Of a stretch of 64,000 nt of DNA, positions 20,152-29,736 are shown in pieces. Below the pieces are notes generated by a model, which was not told the DNA's origin, searched no databases, and was given only the letters and a program-made list of their open reading frames with translations. Made by a program: the position numbers and the translations under genes. Source of the stretch: a phage; sequence record PX915678.1; one strand, 5' to 3'. Position 1 is the stretch's first letter, and each line of letters starts with the position of its first letter.

Positions 20152-20622
20152 TTAATCATGTTTCCACACCCCATCGGTATTTGACCAAAGTCGCTGATTA
20201 TCTGATCCTCGCCACAGCTTTTTAGTCGGAAGATTTTTCTCATACTTCCCATCAATAATAACATCAACATATTTAAGCATTTCTAGTTGTTTAATATCTT
20301 CAAATTTATATCCTGTCCACAACCAAATGCTTTTATTTGGATAAAGATTTTTTACTGTTTGAACAATGCAATGAACAACATCTCGGTTATCAGGATAGAG
20401 AGGGTCTCCTCCAGTTATAGTTAATCCTTCTATATAATCATTATTCAAACATTCAATTAATTGTTCCAGCGTTTCACCAGTGAATGGAACACCGTTTCTA
20501 GCATTCCATGTTGATTTATTATAACATCCTTCGCATTTATGCAAACAACCTGTAACGAAAAGAACGACCCTGCATCCAGGGCCATTCACAAAATCACAGG
20601 GATAAAATCTATCATAATTCAT
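20152..20622 (-). CDS. nrdG: Anaerobic ribonucleotide reductase activase NrdG (radical SAM)
   Basis: 156-aa ORF; CxxxCxxC cluster (GCLHKCEGC). Confidence 0.9.
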   Translation of the reverse strand: MNYDRFYPCDFVNGPGCRVVLFVTGCLHKCEGCYNKSTWNARNGVPFTGETLEQLIECLNNDYIEGLTITGGDPLYPDNRDVVHCIVQTVKNLYPNKSIWLWTGYKFEDIKQLEMLKYVDVIIDGKYEKNLPTKKLWRGSDNQRLWSNTDGVWKHD

Positions 20623-22436
20623 TGGTGTTTAACCCTATGCATGATTTCTTTATTTTTGCCGAGATTAAATCCGCGTTCATTCGGATTTCCCAAATAACCA
20701 CAAGTTCTTCTTATTGTGTTCATCTTTTTAGGATCAGTTTCTCCACAAATAGAACAAACAAACCCGTTTTCAGTAGGAGTCATTTCATGGGTACTTCCAC
20801 ACGTAAAACATTTATCTACTGGCATGTTAACACCAAAATAATCTAAATGTTGTGCAGCATAATCCCATACAGCCTCAAGACCTTTTAGGTTATTTTTCAT
20901 ATCAGGAAGTTCAACATAAGAAATGTGACCACCTGTCGCAATGAAATGATATGGAGCTTCGCGAGAAATCTTTTCAAACGGAGTAATATTTTCTTCTACT
21001 GAAACATGGAAACTATTAGTGTACCAGCCTTTATCAGTAACATCTTTTACACTTCCATATTTTTCAGTATCAAGTTTACAGAAGCGATAACAAAGGTTTT
21101 CAGCAGGAGTAGAATACAAGCTAAAAGCAAAACCGGTTCTTTCAGTCCACTGCTTAAGACGAGCATTCATTTTAGTTAAAATTTCCTGTCCAATATCACG
21201 ACCGACAAGAATATTCAATTCGTGAATACCAATGTATCCTAGGGACACTGAACTTCTACCGTTTTTAAATAACTCAATTATGTCGTCATCAGGTTTAAGA
21301 CGAACCCCGAATGCACCTTCTTGGTAAAGAATAGGAGCAACAGTCGCTTTAACTCCTTTTAAGGAACTAATTCTACACATTAAAGCTTCAAAACATAAAT
21401 CCATTCGCTCATTGAACAATTCGGCAAATTTCTGTTCATTGAATTGTGTTCCAATATAAGAATCTAACGCAATACGAGGAAGATTCAGTGTTACAACACC
21501 AAGATTATTACGTCCATCAAGAATTTCATTACCAGTCGAATCTTTCCATACGCTTAAGAAACTACGGCAACCCATTGGAGAAACAGGAATAGATGAACCA
21601 GTGATAGCTTTATTGTTCTTAGCTGAAATAATATCAGGATACATTCTTTTGCTTGCACACTCTAGAGCAAGCTGCTTAATATCATAGTTCGGATCATCTT
21701 TATAAAGATTAACACCTTCTTCAACGAACATAACAAGCTTAGGGAAAATAGGAGTTATCCCATCGCGACCAAGACCTTTAATACGATTTTTCAGAATTGC
21801 TTTCTGAATCATTCGTTCAGTCCAGTCAGTTCCCGTACCAAATGTAATTGTTACAAAAGGCGTTTGTCCGTTTGAACTAAAAAGAGTATTTAGTTCATAT
21901 TCATAAGCTTGGAATGCATCGTATACGTCTTTTTCTGTTTTAGATTGGGCATAATTCAACGCATCAGCGATTTGCCATTTTTCTGCATCCTCAATATGTT
22001 TTGCATAGGTGCGTTTAACATAAGGAGAAAGTACTTTATCTACATTCGCAAAAGTCGTTCCGCCATATTGATGGGAAGCAACCTGTGCAGTAATTTGTGC
22101 CATAATTGCAGTAGCAACGCCGATTGATTTAGGAGTTTCAATCTGTGCATTGCCGAGCTTAAATCCGTTTTCAAGCATTCCTTTTAAATCTACTAAACAA
22201 CAATTAGTAAATGGAAGAGCAGGGGAATAATCAATATCGTGGAAATGGATAATTCCGCTTTCATGCGCTTTCATAATAAAAGACGGGACCATATTTTTGG
22301 CAATGTGTTTAGACACAATACCAGCCATAAGGTCCCGTTGAGTTGGAAAAACACGAGAATCTTTATTAGCATTCTCGTTTAAAAGGTCTTTATTAGTTTT
22401 ATGAATCAATCCTTCAATTTCTTTTTCAATTGTCAT
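20619..22436 (-). CDS. nrdD: Anaerobic ribonucleotide reductase NrdD (glycyl radical enzyme), uninterrupted
   Basis: 605-aa continuous ORF; C-terminal Zn ribbon and RxxGY glycyl radical motif (RRTCGYLGNP). Confidence 0.93.
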   Translation of the reverse strand: MTIEKEIEGLIHKTNKDLLNENANKDSRVFPTQRDLMAGIVSKHIAKNMVPSFIMKAHESGIIHFHDIDYSPALPFTNCCLVDLKGMLENGFKLGNAQIETPKSIGVATAIMAQITAQVASHQYGGTTFANVDKVLSPYVKRTYAKHIEDAEKWQIADALNYAQSKTEKDVYDAFQAYEYELNTLFSSNGQTPFVTITFGTGTDWTERMIQKAILKNRIKGLGRDGITPIFPKLVMFVEEGVNLYKDDPNYDIKQLALECASKRMYPDIISAKNNKAITGSSIPVSPMGCRSFLSVWKDSTGNEILDGRNNLGVVTLNLPRIALDSYIGTQFNEQKFAELFNERMDLCFEALMCRISSLKGVKATVAPILYQEGAFGVRLKPDDDIIELFKNGRSSVSLGYIGIHELNILVGRDIGQEILTKMNARLKQWTERTGFAFSLYSTPAENLCYRFCKLDTEKYGSVKDVTDKGWYTNSFHVSVEENITPFEKISREAPYHFIATGGHISYVELPDMKNNLKGLEAVWDYAAQHLDYFGVNMPVDKCFTCGSTHEMTPTENGFVCSICGETDPKKMNTIRRTCGYLGNPNERGFNLGKNKEIMHRVKHQ

Positions 22437-22906
22437 TTTAAACTCTTTCTAAGCTGCTTCTTAAATGAAGCTATTAATTGTGTTTTGGTGTCAGATTCAT
22501 TATATTCAAATCCTCTTTGAAGCATCTCAGCCATCATTTCCTCTTTTCCTAAACGAGAAAATTCCTTTGATTTATCTCCAACGAAGTTAGGGTGAATATT
22601 ATTTTGGGTGTAATCGGATTTTAAATAAGTAAGTAAATTTTCTAGCCATTCAAGATAATCAACACCTTGTCCCTTTAAGCCAGAACGATTAAATTTGTGT
22701 TTCATTTGACCTTCCGCAGCATTGCAGAGATTACAGAGCAATCCACGTACCTTTCCTGCTTTTGGTCCATTTAATTCATGGTCATGGTCGAGGTGATTAG
22801 CTTGAACATCAGGATTTAGTTCTCGTTGGCAAATTAAGCATTTACCGTTTTGTGCATTATAAAATTTTTGTTTTTCTTCTTTGTATAATTTGCCAGTCAA
22901 TAACAT
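22433..22906 (-). CDS. 49: Endonuclease VII (Holliday junction resolvase) gp49
   Basis: 157-aa ORF; CxxC zinc motif and HxxHDH (HLDHDH) nuclease motif; matches T4 gp49 as recalled. Confidence 0.9.
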   Translation of the reverse strand: MLLTGKLYKEEKQKFYNAQNGKCLICQRELNPDVQANHLDHDHELNGPKAGKVRGLLCNLCNAAEGQMKHKFNRSGLKGQGVDYLEWLENLLTYLKSDYTQNNIHPNFVGDKSKEFSRLGKEEMMAEMLQRGFEYNESDTKTQLIASFKKQLRKSLK

Positions 22907-22907
22907 A

Positions 22908-22937
22908 ATAAAACCCTTACCTTGAATAGATAAGGGT
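22908..22937 (-). promoter_or_regulatory. Hairpin sequestering the gene 49 ribosome-binding site (also terminator-like)
   Basis: Minus strand ACCCUUA-11 nt loop-UAAGGGU followed by UUUAUUAUG; the AAGGG SD of gene 49 lies in the 3' arm; AATAAATA late-promoter-like box just upstream. Confidence 0.5.
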
Positions 22938-22948
22938 ATTTATTATTT

Positions 22949-23125
22949 TCAAGTATTGTAAAACATTCGATGCAATCGCTTATATTGCCGAATCATCTTT
23001 TTAGTAGGTCGAACATAAGTTCCTACACAAGTGGTCATATTAGAGTCGGTAGGACTTCCTTTAATAAAAAGTTTCCAAACCTTACCACCATTTAACTTTT
23101 CAGTATAAATTAATTCGGTTTTCAT
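22949..23125 (-). CDS. Hypothetical 58-aa protein (below track threshold)
   Basis: TAATG overlap with upstream stop; stop followed by the hairpin at 22908-22937. Confidence 0.35.
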   Translation of the reverse strand: MKTELIYTEKLNGGKVWKLFIKGSPTDSNMTTCVGTYVRPTKKMIRQYKRLHRMFYNT

Positions 23126-23589
23126 TAAAACGCTCGGTCAGAAAAAGAATTTTGAGTTTCAAGCCATTCAATATATTCTGCCGCAGCTTGCATTAAATTT
23201 CCTTCATAACCATCGTTATTTTCTTGTGCAGCTAATTTAGCTAATGCGTATGAAATACGTTCACCTTGAAAAGCGGCTTCAGGTTTCCGAATAACTTGAC
23301 TAGTTCGTTCTACAACTTCTTCAATTTCGCCATTTTCTACTGATTCAGTATTCCACAAGCACCAATACGTAATTGGCTTATCGTAAATGTTAATAATCTT
23401 TCCATCAGAAAGTTCAATTTCAATAATTCCAGTATCAGGTTCTATATCATCTTCGCATTCTTTTGTAAGTTCACGAACTTTAAAGACAGTACCTGCACTA
23501 AGTTCCGGCCAATAATTACACAGCCCTTTATCAGCACGATTAATTCTAAACCACTTATCTACTGTAATCATGTCCCATCTCCATATCAA
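23125..23589 (-). CDS. Hypothetical protein
   Basis: 154-aa ORF upstream of 49. Confidence 0.5.
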   Translation of the reverse strand: MIWRWDMITVDKWFRINRADKGLCNYWPELSAGTVFKVRELTKECEDDIEPDTGIIEIELSDGKIINIYDKPITYWCLWNTESVENGEIEEVVERTSQVIRKPEAAFQGERISYALAKLAAQENNDGYEGNLMQAAAEYIEWLETQNSFSDRAF

Positions 23590-23694
23590 TTAAGTCATTT
23601 ATCGTTGGTTCATTATATACTGTTTCTTCATCAGTGTAAACCGGTTCTTCCGGCTCTGGCTCTACTGTTTCCCATCTAGCCGCCCACCAAGGTT

Positions 23695-24015
23695 TTATAG
23701 CGTAATCCATTCTCGTACTGTCTGAGTTACTACACGTTCACGGGGCTCGACTAGTTCAACAGTCGGAACTGCATAATACCAGTCAGAATGGTAAGAACCT
23801 GAGCGAGTTTCATTTACAGACACATGAACGTTATGTTTTGGACTAAAATAAATGCACTGACGATATTGGCATTTACCATCTTGCACCCAGTCTTCTATTT
23901 CGATAGGTTTAAGATAATCCGAAAAATCGAAATCATAATTTTCTGAAAATGCATCATGGTCTTCGATGATTTCACTCAGAACTGCATCAACATCTAATTT
24001 ATTTTCAATAGTCAT
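23695..24015 (-). CDS. Hypothetical protein
   Basis: 106-aa ORF. Confidence 0.5.
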   Translation of the reverse strand: MTIENKLDVDAVLSEIIEDHDAFSENYDFDFSDYLKPIEIEDWVQDGKCQYRQCIYFSPKHNVHVSVNETRSGSYHSDWYYAVPTVELVEPRERVVTQTVREWITL

Positions 24016-24025
24016 TTTTCACCAA

Positions 24026-24196
24026 TTAATTTCGCAATTTATTAAGTTCTTCATAATCAATCCAGGATTCTAGTCCTGATGGCAAATCAGATTCAATTTC
24101 CCAAAGAAGTTCTTCAATTTTCTGAAGACGATCTAATTCTTCAGCAGGAATAGTAACCATTGACGGAGTTCTTGATGCACTAATATCGTAAATCAT
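24026..24196 (-). CDS. Hypothetical small acidic protein
   Basis: 56 aa from ATG 24194-24196; track ORF extends to 24235 but overlaps its neighbour. Confidence 0.35.
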   Translation of the reverse strand: MIYDISASRTPSMVTIPAEELDRLQKIEELLWEIESDLPSGLESWIDYEELNKLRN

Positions 24197-24198
24197 AT

Positions 24199-24414
24199 TT
24201 ATCCCAATTTGACCATACAATCGCCATATTTCCATTTAGAAATAGACTTTTCACCATTAGAATAATAAACTTCAAGTTTAGCACGGTTATTTTTAATTTG
24301 AATAACCTTGGCTGTCATCAAAGTTCCATACCCATAGTAAACTGCAACTTCATCACCTACATATACCGCGCTTCCGCGGTAGTCATGGATATAATCAGTT
24401 CCTTCGAGCATCAT
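24199..24414 (-). CDS. Hypothetical protein
   Basis: 71-aa ORF; ATGA overlap with nrdC stop. Confidence 0.45.
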   Translation of the reverse strand: MMLEGTDYIHDYRGSAVYVGDEVAVYYGYGTLMTAKVIQIKNNRAKLEVYYSNGEKSISKWKYGDCMVKLG

Positions 24415-24674
24415 TTAAAGTATTCCCGCAATTGGTCAAATCCGCCAATATGACTTCCACCAGGAGCAAATACTTGTGGCATCGTCAGTCCAATTTGAGT
24501 ATCACGACCTAGTTTCGTTAGAAGCTCAGCGATTTTCTCATCATCAAAAACACCTTTTTCCGGCATAATGTTGATAAATTCAAATGGCTGTTTCTTTACA
24601 GTCAAAAGACGTTTTGCATTATCGCAATACACACATTTATGGATGTTGCTATCATAACCATATACTTTAAACAT
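24411..24674 (-). CDS. nrdC: Phage thioredoxin/glutaredoxin NrdC
   Basis: 87-aa ORF with CVYC redox motif; matches T4 NrdC as recalled. Confidence 0.85.
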   Translation of the reverse strand: MFKVYGYDSNIHKCVYCDNAKRLLTVKKQPFEFINIMPEKGVFDDEKIAELLTKLGRDTQIGLTMPQVFAPGGSHIGGFDQLREYFK

Positions 24675-24675
24675 A

Positions 24676-24918
24676 TTATTCCTTAATTCCTAGTACTTGT
24701 TTAAAAGTCTCATCGTAATCAAGACTTTGGCCCGTTTGCTCTTTATGTTTGTATATAATATCACTTACTTCTGATAGCATATTTTTATATGAACGAGTTA
24801 AAGCAGATTTAAGCACGCTGTATCTATCAGGAAATTTACCATGTTCATTATAATACGCTATTGCTAATTCGCGGACTGCCTTTTCAGCAATCTCCATATA
24901 TTCTTTACGCTTTGTCAT
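24676..24918 (-). CDS. Hypothetical protein
   Basis: 80-aa ORF. Confidence 0.5.
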   Translation of the reverse strand: MTKRKEYMEIAEKAVRELAIAYYNEHGKFPDRYSVLKSALTRSYKNMLSEVSDIIYKHKEQTGQSLDYDETFKQVLGIKE

Positions 24919-24920
24919 TT

Positions 24921-25310
24921 TTAATCCAAAATATTATTAGGCATTGGTTGAACACTCGCAAGTTCTTTAAAGAACTCAGTAGAGTCAGGTAATTTAACCA
25001 TTTCCGGAGCATGCTTGCTAAATTTGTGTTTACAATGACGGCATTTATATTCAAGTTCCGGTTTACGCCAGTTAATCAATTGAACCTGTTCAGTACCGCA
25101 TTCAGGACAATTAGGAACATTTTTAGAAGCCCTTTCGCGACGTTCAACCATAGCTATAATAGCATCCCAGGCTGGAGGTTTAAAGTCTAAATCATCACAA
25201 CCATGAATCTTTCCACGCATTTCTAAATCGTCTTCTTCACCAGCCATAATAATTTTAATTAGACTGGAATTACTTGAAGCTGCAATATCTTCTAATAGAC
25301 GCTTTTTCAT
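24921..25310 (-). CDS. Zinc-ribbon protein, function unknown
   Basis: 129-aa ORF with CPECG...CRHCKH four-Cys ribbon. Confidence 0.5.
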   Translation of the reverse strand: MKKRLLEDIAASSNSSLIKIIMAGEEDDLEMRGKIHGCDDLDFKPPAWDAIIAMVERRERASKNVPNCPECGTEQVQLINWRKPELEYKCRHCKHKFSKHAPEMVKLPDSTEFFKELASVQPMPNNILD

Positions 25311-26233
25311 TTCAGTACCTCAATAGCATCACGTAAACCATTTGCTTTGGCGGTTAAAGCCTTAAGAACTTTAGTATGCTCTTCAATCTGTTTTTCAACT
25401 TCAATCAAACGGGCACTGAGATATTCGCGTTCTTCTTTCATAGTATCATTCCCATGATTGGGCTTTGGTGCAGATTTAAATTTACTAGGGTCCTTTAACT
25501 TAATAACAACTTTAGTTTCAAACAGTGAAAGACCATAATTCGTATTATCATCAAAGGATTCAACTACGTCCATTTTAGACAATAACGTACGAAGATTATA
25601 AGTCAAAGAACGAATCGTTTTATTATGTTTATTAGCTTCACGCGGTTTCATATATGGAAGATTTTTATATATTTCATGCGGAGCACAAACAATAATTGAC
25701 AATTCAAATGGTCCATTCTGTGATGATGGAATGAATTTAGCCGTAACCCAATCTTTTACATTTACATTAATAGTACGGTCATCGCCATGACAAAACAGTC
25801 TACGAGAATGCTTAAAAAGCATATTCACATTATTATTAAATTCGTGTGAAAACTCACTAGCAAATTTTTCTTTACTATTTTTAGAAAACCATTCTTCTAA
25901 ATAAGTTCTTTTCACGTCATTAATAATATTAAATGTAACAACATTAGCATTTGATACATTAGTCTCAATGTAGCTTGGATACATAAATTTTTTAACATTA
26001 TTAACAGCTATCACAGAAGATAGTAATCGGGAACGTTTGAACCACTCTAGCAAAGAACCAAGAGAATGTGAATATGCATTTTGTGTATCTTTACAAATAT
26101 GGTTTTCCCATCCAATATAGTCTAAAAAATCACGAAGAATATTATTGATTACTGCTCTGTGTCCGATCTGATAATTACGGTGTTTAGTAATAAGACTGTC
26201 AAAATAATCAATATAATGTTTACGAGTTTTCAT
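25307..26233 (-). CDS. Paralog family member A: globular domain plus C-terminal coiled coil
   Basis: 308-aa ORF, MKTR N-terminus, RSRLLS motif, C-terminal heptad segment; SD before ATG. Confidence 0.6.
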   Translation of the reverse strand: MKTRKHYIDYFDSLITKHRNYQIGHRAVINNILRDFLDYIGWENHICKDTQNAYSHSLGSLLEWFKRSRLLSSVIAVNNVKKFMYPSYIETNVSNANVVTFNIINDVKRTYLEEWFSKNSKEKFASEFSHEFNNNVNMLFKHSRRLFCHGDDRTINVNVKDWVTAKFIPSSQNGPFELSIIVCAPHEIYKNLPYMKPREANKHNKTIRSLTYNLRTLLSKMDVVESFDDNTNYGLSLFETKVVIKLKDPSKFKSAPKPNHGNDTMKEEREYLSARLIEVEKQIEEHTKVLKALTAKANGLRDAIEVLK

Positions 26234-26285
26234 GTTCTTCTCACTTGGTTAATGATTTATGCTCCGAGCCATCCTTGGCTTTAAA

Positions 26286-27287
26286 TTACTTAATTAACTG
26301 TAAAGCTTGTTCAAGACGATCCAGGCGATTAACAGATTCTTCCCAAATCCTTTTAGCCTGCTCATATTCTTTCTGCGCTTTATTAGAAATTTCTAGAACT
26401 TCTTTATAAGCCTTTTCTAGTGCAATAACTTCTGGACGAATTTCTACAGGTTCAGGCGAATCATCAAGATTATCCATTAGTTCCTCAAGTGTAATTTCTT
26501 CTTTAGGAGTATTCACAATTTCATCACATTTTTGTTGGTAAATTTCTTTATCAGTCGGTGAGTACGCACATTTCACTTCACGAAGACTAACTACAATTTT
26601 ATATCCTTCCCAACCGCATATATTCTTAAAAGGATACGTATGAATATTTTCTACTGTTTCCATACAAAGTAATGCGGTTTCTAATTGACGAGTTATAGTG
26701 CTAGCAATTGAGAAAAATTTATTAATGTTCTTTTGGTTAGTTTCTGGTGTAAAAAATCCATAATTCACAAAAATAGATACTTTATTTTTATCAAGTTCAT
26801 ATTCTTTTATGATAATCATATCAGAAGCCAAAGGATGAATTTGACGATAATCGCCATAACATAATTTAGAAGCTGATTTTAGAATCTGTCCTTTGAAAAG
26901 TCTGAAATTACTAATCCAACGACGAGTAAAAATATTCTCAGGGTCTTCTTTATTATTAAGATGATAAGAATTAACATCACCGAACCAATTATATCCTACT
27001 ACATCTTTGGTTCGTTTAATTTCTTTCCCAAAATTACCAAGAATATCCCGATTAACCAAATATGAAAGAAGACGAGACTCTTTAAAGGTTTTCTTGATAA
27101 CATCTTTATCTACACGGCTAGAAATTTTACGAATTTCATGAATAAATTTAACAGAAGAAACAATACTTGCGTCAACACTATTGAGCCATTGATTGATAAT
27201 AGAAATAACGCTATTTTGACCAAACATCGGTATAGCTTTATCATCAATAACACTATTGAATGATTTGATATATTCGTTACGAGTCAT
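26286..27287 (-). CDS. Paralog family member B
   Basis: 333 aa from ATG 27285-27287 (SD GAGGAG); MTR N-terminus, ESRLLS motif, C-terminal coiled coil. Confidence 0.6.
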   Translation of the reverse strand: MTRNEYIKSFNSVIDDKAIPMFGQNSVISIINQWLNSVDASIVSSVKFIHEIRKISSRVDKDVIKKTFKESRLLSYLVNRDILGNFGKEIKRTKDVVGYNWFGDVNSYHLNNKEDPENIFTRRWISNFRLFKGQILKSASKLCYGDYRQIHPLASDMIIIKEYELDKNKVSIFVNYGFFTPETNQKNINKFFSIASTITRQLETALLCMETVENIHTYPFKNICGWEGYKIVVSLREVKCAYSPTDKEIYQQKCDEIVNTPKEEITLEELMDNLDDSPEPVEIRPEVIALEKAYKEVLEISNKAQKEYEQAKRIWEESVNRLDRLEQALQLIK

Positions 27288-27344
27288 ATTAATCTCCTCA
27301 GTAGAAAGTAAGAACATTATACCACATCCTTGTGGCGAAGTAAA

Positions 27345-28367
27345 CTAGTTTAGTGCATTTAATGCATTGTTCAGTTTAGAACGTTGCTTCGTAAGATTTT
27401 TGACTTTTTCTTGAGCTTTTTCTAGTATCTTTTCAGCTTCTAGCACTTCATTAGTTGCTTTAACGAGTTCATCATCTACTGCCTTGATAGACTTCTCAAT
27501 CGCATCTGCATGCCATTTTTCAACAGGTTTAAGACTCGGATTTTCAACAGGAAGAAAATTCACTTTATTGAATTTCCATGAATCCTTATTACCTGAGCTA
27601 TACATCCAAAATTTAGGATCGTTTGATGAGTAATTGGATAAATTTAATTTATCTTGCACTTCTTGCTTTTTCTCTTGCGGGACTTCGTCCTTTCTCAAAA
27701 AATCGTATTTAAATGAAACGATCATATCAAGTTCATATGTTGTTGTGTCTAATTTAAATCGCTCAAAACGAGGTAAAATCTTAGACTGAACACTAGCAAC
27801 AACATCCATATACTTAAATGCTTCTGTCAACTGTGATTTAAGGCATTCACAAATTGAAAGAGAATTTTTTGTGTTAGGTTTAAAGCTAATTCGTGCAGTT
27901 CTATTATTTTCTTTTAATGGTCTTACTTCCATCTGAAGAGTATAACCATCAAATTTCAGATTCTTTAAGTTAATATCAGAACCTTTTAATCGACTCGCAG
28001 TTGATAAAATTTGCTTTAATTGTTTACGGAATAGAGCAATAAATCTCCATTCAATACGATAATGATTTGGATTGAAAAATCCAGATGATAAATCGACCTT
28101 ACTTTGACCAACGCCTTGAACAAATAAAGGATTTTTATAATCAATAGTTTTACAGAAATCGGTGAGCTGCTCACGGGCCGTCATTTGTGTAATATATCCT
28201 GCTTTACTAAAATTACGCACCCATTCACTGCTATTCGTATACTTAAAGTGATGAATAACACGATTAACTTTATCAGGGTCTAAATTATTTTCACACAAAA
28301 ATGTCATAACATCACGAGTATAGCTGGCATTACGAACCATATCTTCAATTTGAGAACGAGTTTTCAT
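27345..28367 (-). CDS. Paralog family member C
   Basis: 340-aa ORF; MKTR N-terminus; C-terminal coiled coil; SD AAGGAA. Confidence 0.6.
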   Translation of the reverse strand: MKTRSQIEDMVRNASYTRDVMTFLCENNLDPDKVNRVIHHFKYTNSSEWVRNFSKAGYITQMTAREQLTDFCKTIDYKNPLFVQGVGQSKVDLSSGFFNPNHYRIEWRFIALFRKQLKQILSTASRLKGSDINLKNLKFDGYTLQMEVRPLKENNRTARISFKPNTKNSLSICECLKSQLTEAFKYMDVVASVQSKILPRFERFKLDTTTYELDMIVSFKYDFLRKDEVPQEKKQEVQDKLNLSNYSSNDPKFWMYSSGNKDSWKFNKVNFLPVENPSLKPVEKWHADAIEKSIKAVDDELVKATNEVLEAEKILEKAQEKVKNLTKQRSKLNNALNALN

Positions 28368-28375
28368 GGTGTTCC

Positions 28376-29266
28376 TTAAGATTTAAGTAAATCAACAATT
28401 TTAATTAACTTTTCACGCTCAGATTTAGCTTTACTATTCAGTCCAGATAGTCTGAAAATTTCATCATCATATTGTTGAATAGAAATATTCAGCTCTTCAA
28501 TCTGTTTATTAAAATAATCAATTTGTTCAAAATGTTTTTCGTTACTATGAACTGGTACAGGTTTTGTAGGCAATGTAGTTGAACTGGATTCATCCGGGCG
28601 ATAAATTAAAATACAACTTGAACCAATAGGGCATTTTGCATCAGATGAATATTCTAATGTTCCAGCTTCTTTTAAAACTTCAAAAGCTAAACAGAGATGA
28701 TGACCCATATTGACATAATCTGTAGAGTGAGCTCTGATATAATAATCATCGCCACGAGTACTAAATTTAAAGCATTTAAGGTCTTCTGTATTATTGGTCT
28801 TAAAAATCATTTGTTTATCTAGACCTTTAGCTAATCGAGCGCCTAATGCTAATAATCGTCTTTGATTTTCCCACAAATCCGCAATCATTTGATCGAATGA
28901 TAATTTTGGCATTAGTCGACCATAAAGGTCATATCCTTTATTATAATTACGAAGGATTTCACTCGCGTTAATACGAGACAATGCTCCAATTTTATTAAGG
29001 GCTTTCATAATGCGATTAGATAAACTCATTCCAGACCCATTTGTTCGCTGCAAATGTTTTTCTAATCCAAATCCAATATCAACTTTAAACTTATCTAAAA
29101 TTTCTGCATGAACATCTCTGTCAATAACATTCAAATCCAAAGTTGGGTTAAATCTATGAAAAAATTTATCCGGCTCTCCACGGCGAAATACAGTCCATTC
29201 ATTCATCATTTTTTTATTAACTAAAGATTTAATTACTGCATTGACATTATTAATTACTACTGACAT
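28376..29266 (-). CDS. Paralog family member D
   Basis: 296 aa from ATG 29264-29266 (SD GAGGAAAAT); track ORF starts at TTG 29287; C-terminal coiled coil. Confidence 0.55.
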   Translation of the reverse strand: MSVVINNVNAVIKSLVNKKMMNEWTVFRRGEPDKFFHRFNPTLDLNVIDRDVHAEILDKFKVDIGFGLEKHLQRTNGSGMSLSNRIMKALNKIGALSRINASEILRNYNKGYDLYGRLMPKLSFDQMIADLWENQRRLLALGARLAKGLDKQMIFKTNNTEDLKCFKFSTRGDDYYIRAHSTDYVNMGHHLCLAFEVLKEAGTLEYSSDAKCPIGSSCILIYRPDESSSTTLPTKPVPVHSNEKHFEQIDYFNKQIEELNISIQQYDDEIFRLSGLNSKAKSEREKLIKIVDLLKS

Positions 29267-29273
29267 ATTTTCC

Positions 29274-29681
29274 TCACTCAATTTCAATTTTACTAAATAT
29301 ACAGAATAAGATGGAACAGACTATATAAGCACCACACACAGATTGAACTAATACCATTCCAAAGAACCAAACAATATTATCAAACAATGTCTGTTTTACG
29401 TCGAAAGGACGTAAACTTACAGTAATATTATCACCTTTTTCTATTGAAGAATACATCTCTGGGGAAATATATTCACTAAATCTATAACCGTCTTTAAGTT
29501 CATATACGGCAATAAACGATAAACTAGACCCTTTTCCTTGTGTTCCTGTAATGGTATTAACTACAGTAACATCATAATCTTTATAATGCATATAATCATT
29601 AATTGCGTAATAACCATATGCAACTACTACACATAAACAACATATCAATAAATTCAATCTTTTAATTATCAACTGTTTCAT
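29274..29681 (-). CDS. Membrane protein with N- and C-terminal transmembrane helices
   Basis: 135-aa ORF; hydrophobic segments at both ends. Confidence 0.5.
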   Translation of the reverse strand: MKQLIIKRLNLLICCLCVVVAYGYYAINDYMHYKDYDVTVVNTITGTQGKGSSLSFIAVYELKDGYRFSEYISPEMYSSIEKGDNITVSLRPFDVKQTLFDNIVWFFGMVLVQSVCGAYIVCSILFCIFSKIEIE

Positions 29682-29736
29682 AATAATCTCAATTAAAAGG
29701 GCTTAGAACCATTATACCATCCTTGGTATAAAGCGG

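Noticed and set aside
20046-20270. 74-aa minus-strand ORF overlapping the 3' end of nrdG
   Set aside because: Overlaps nrdG by about 120 nt in another frame; only a 30-37 codon tail would be free, with no convincing SD.
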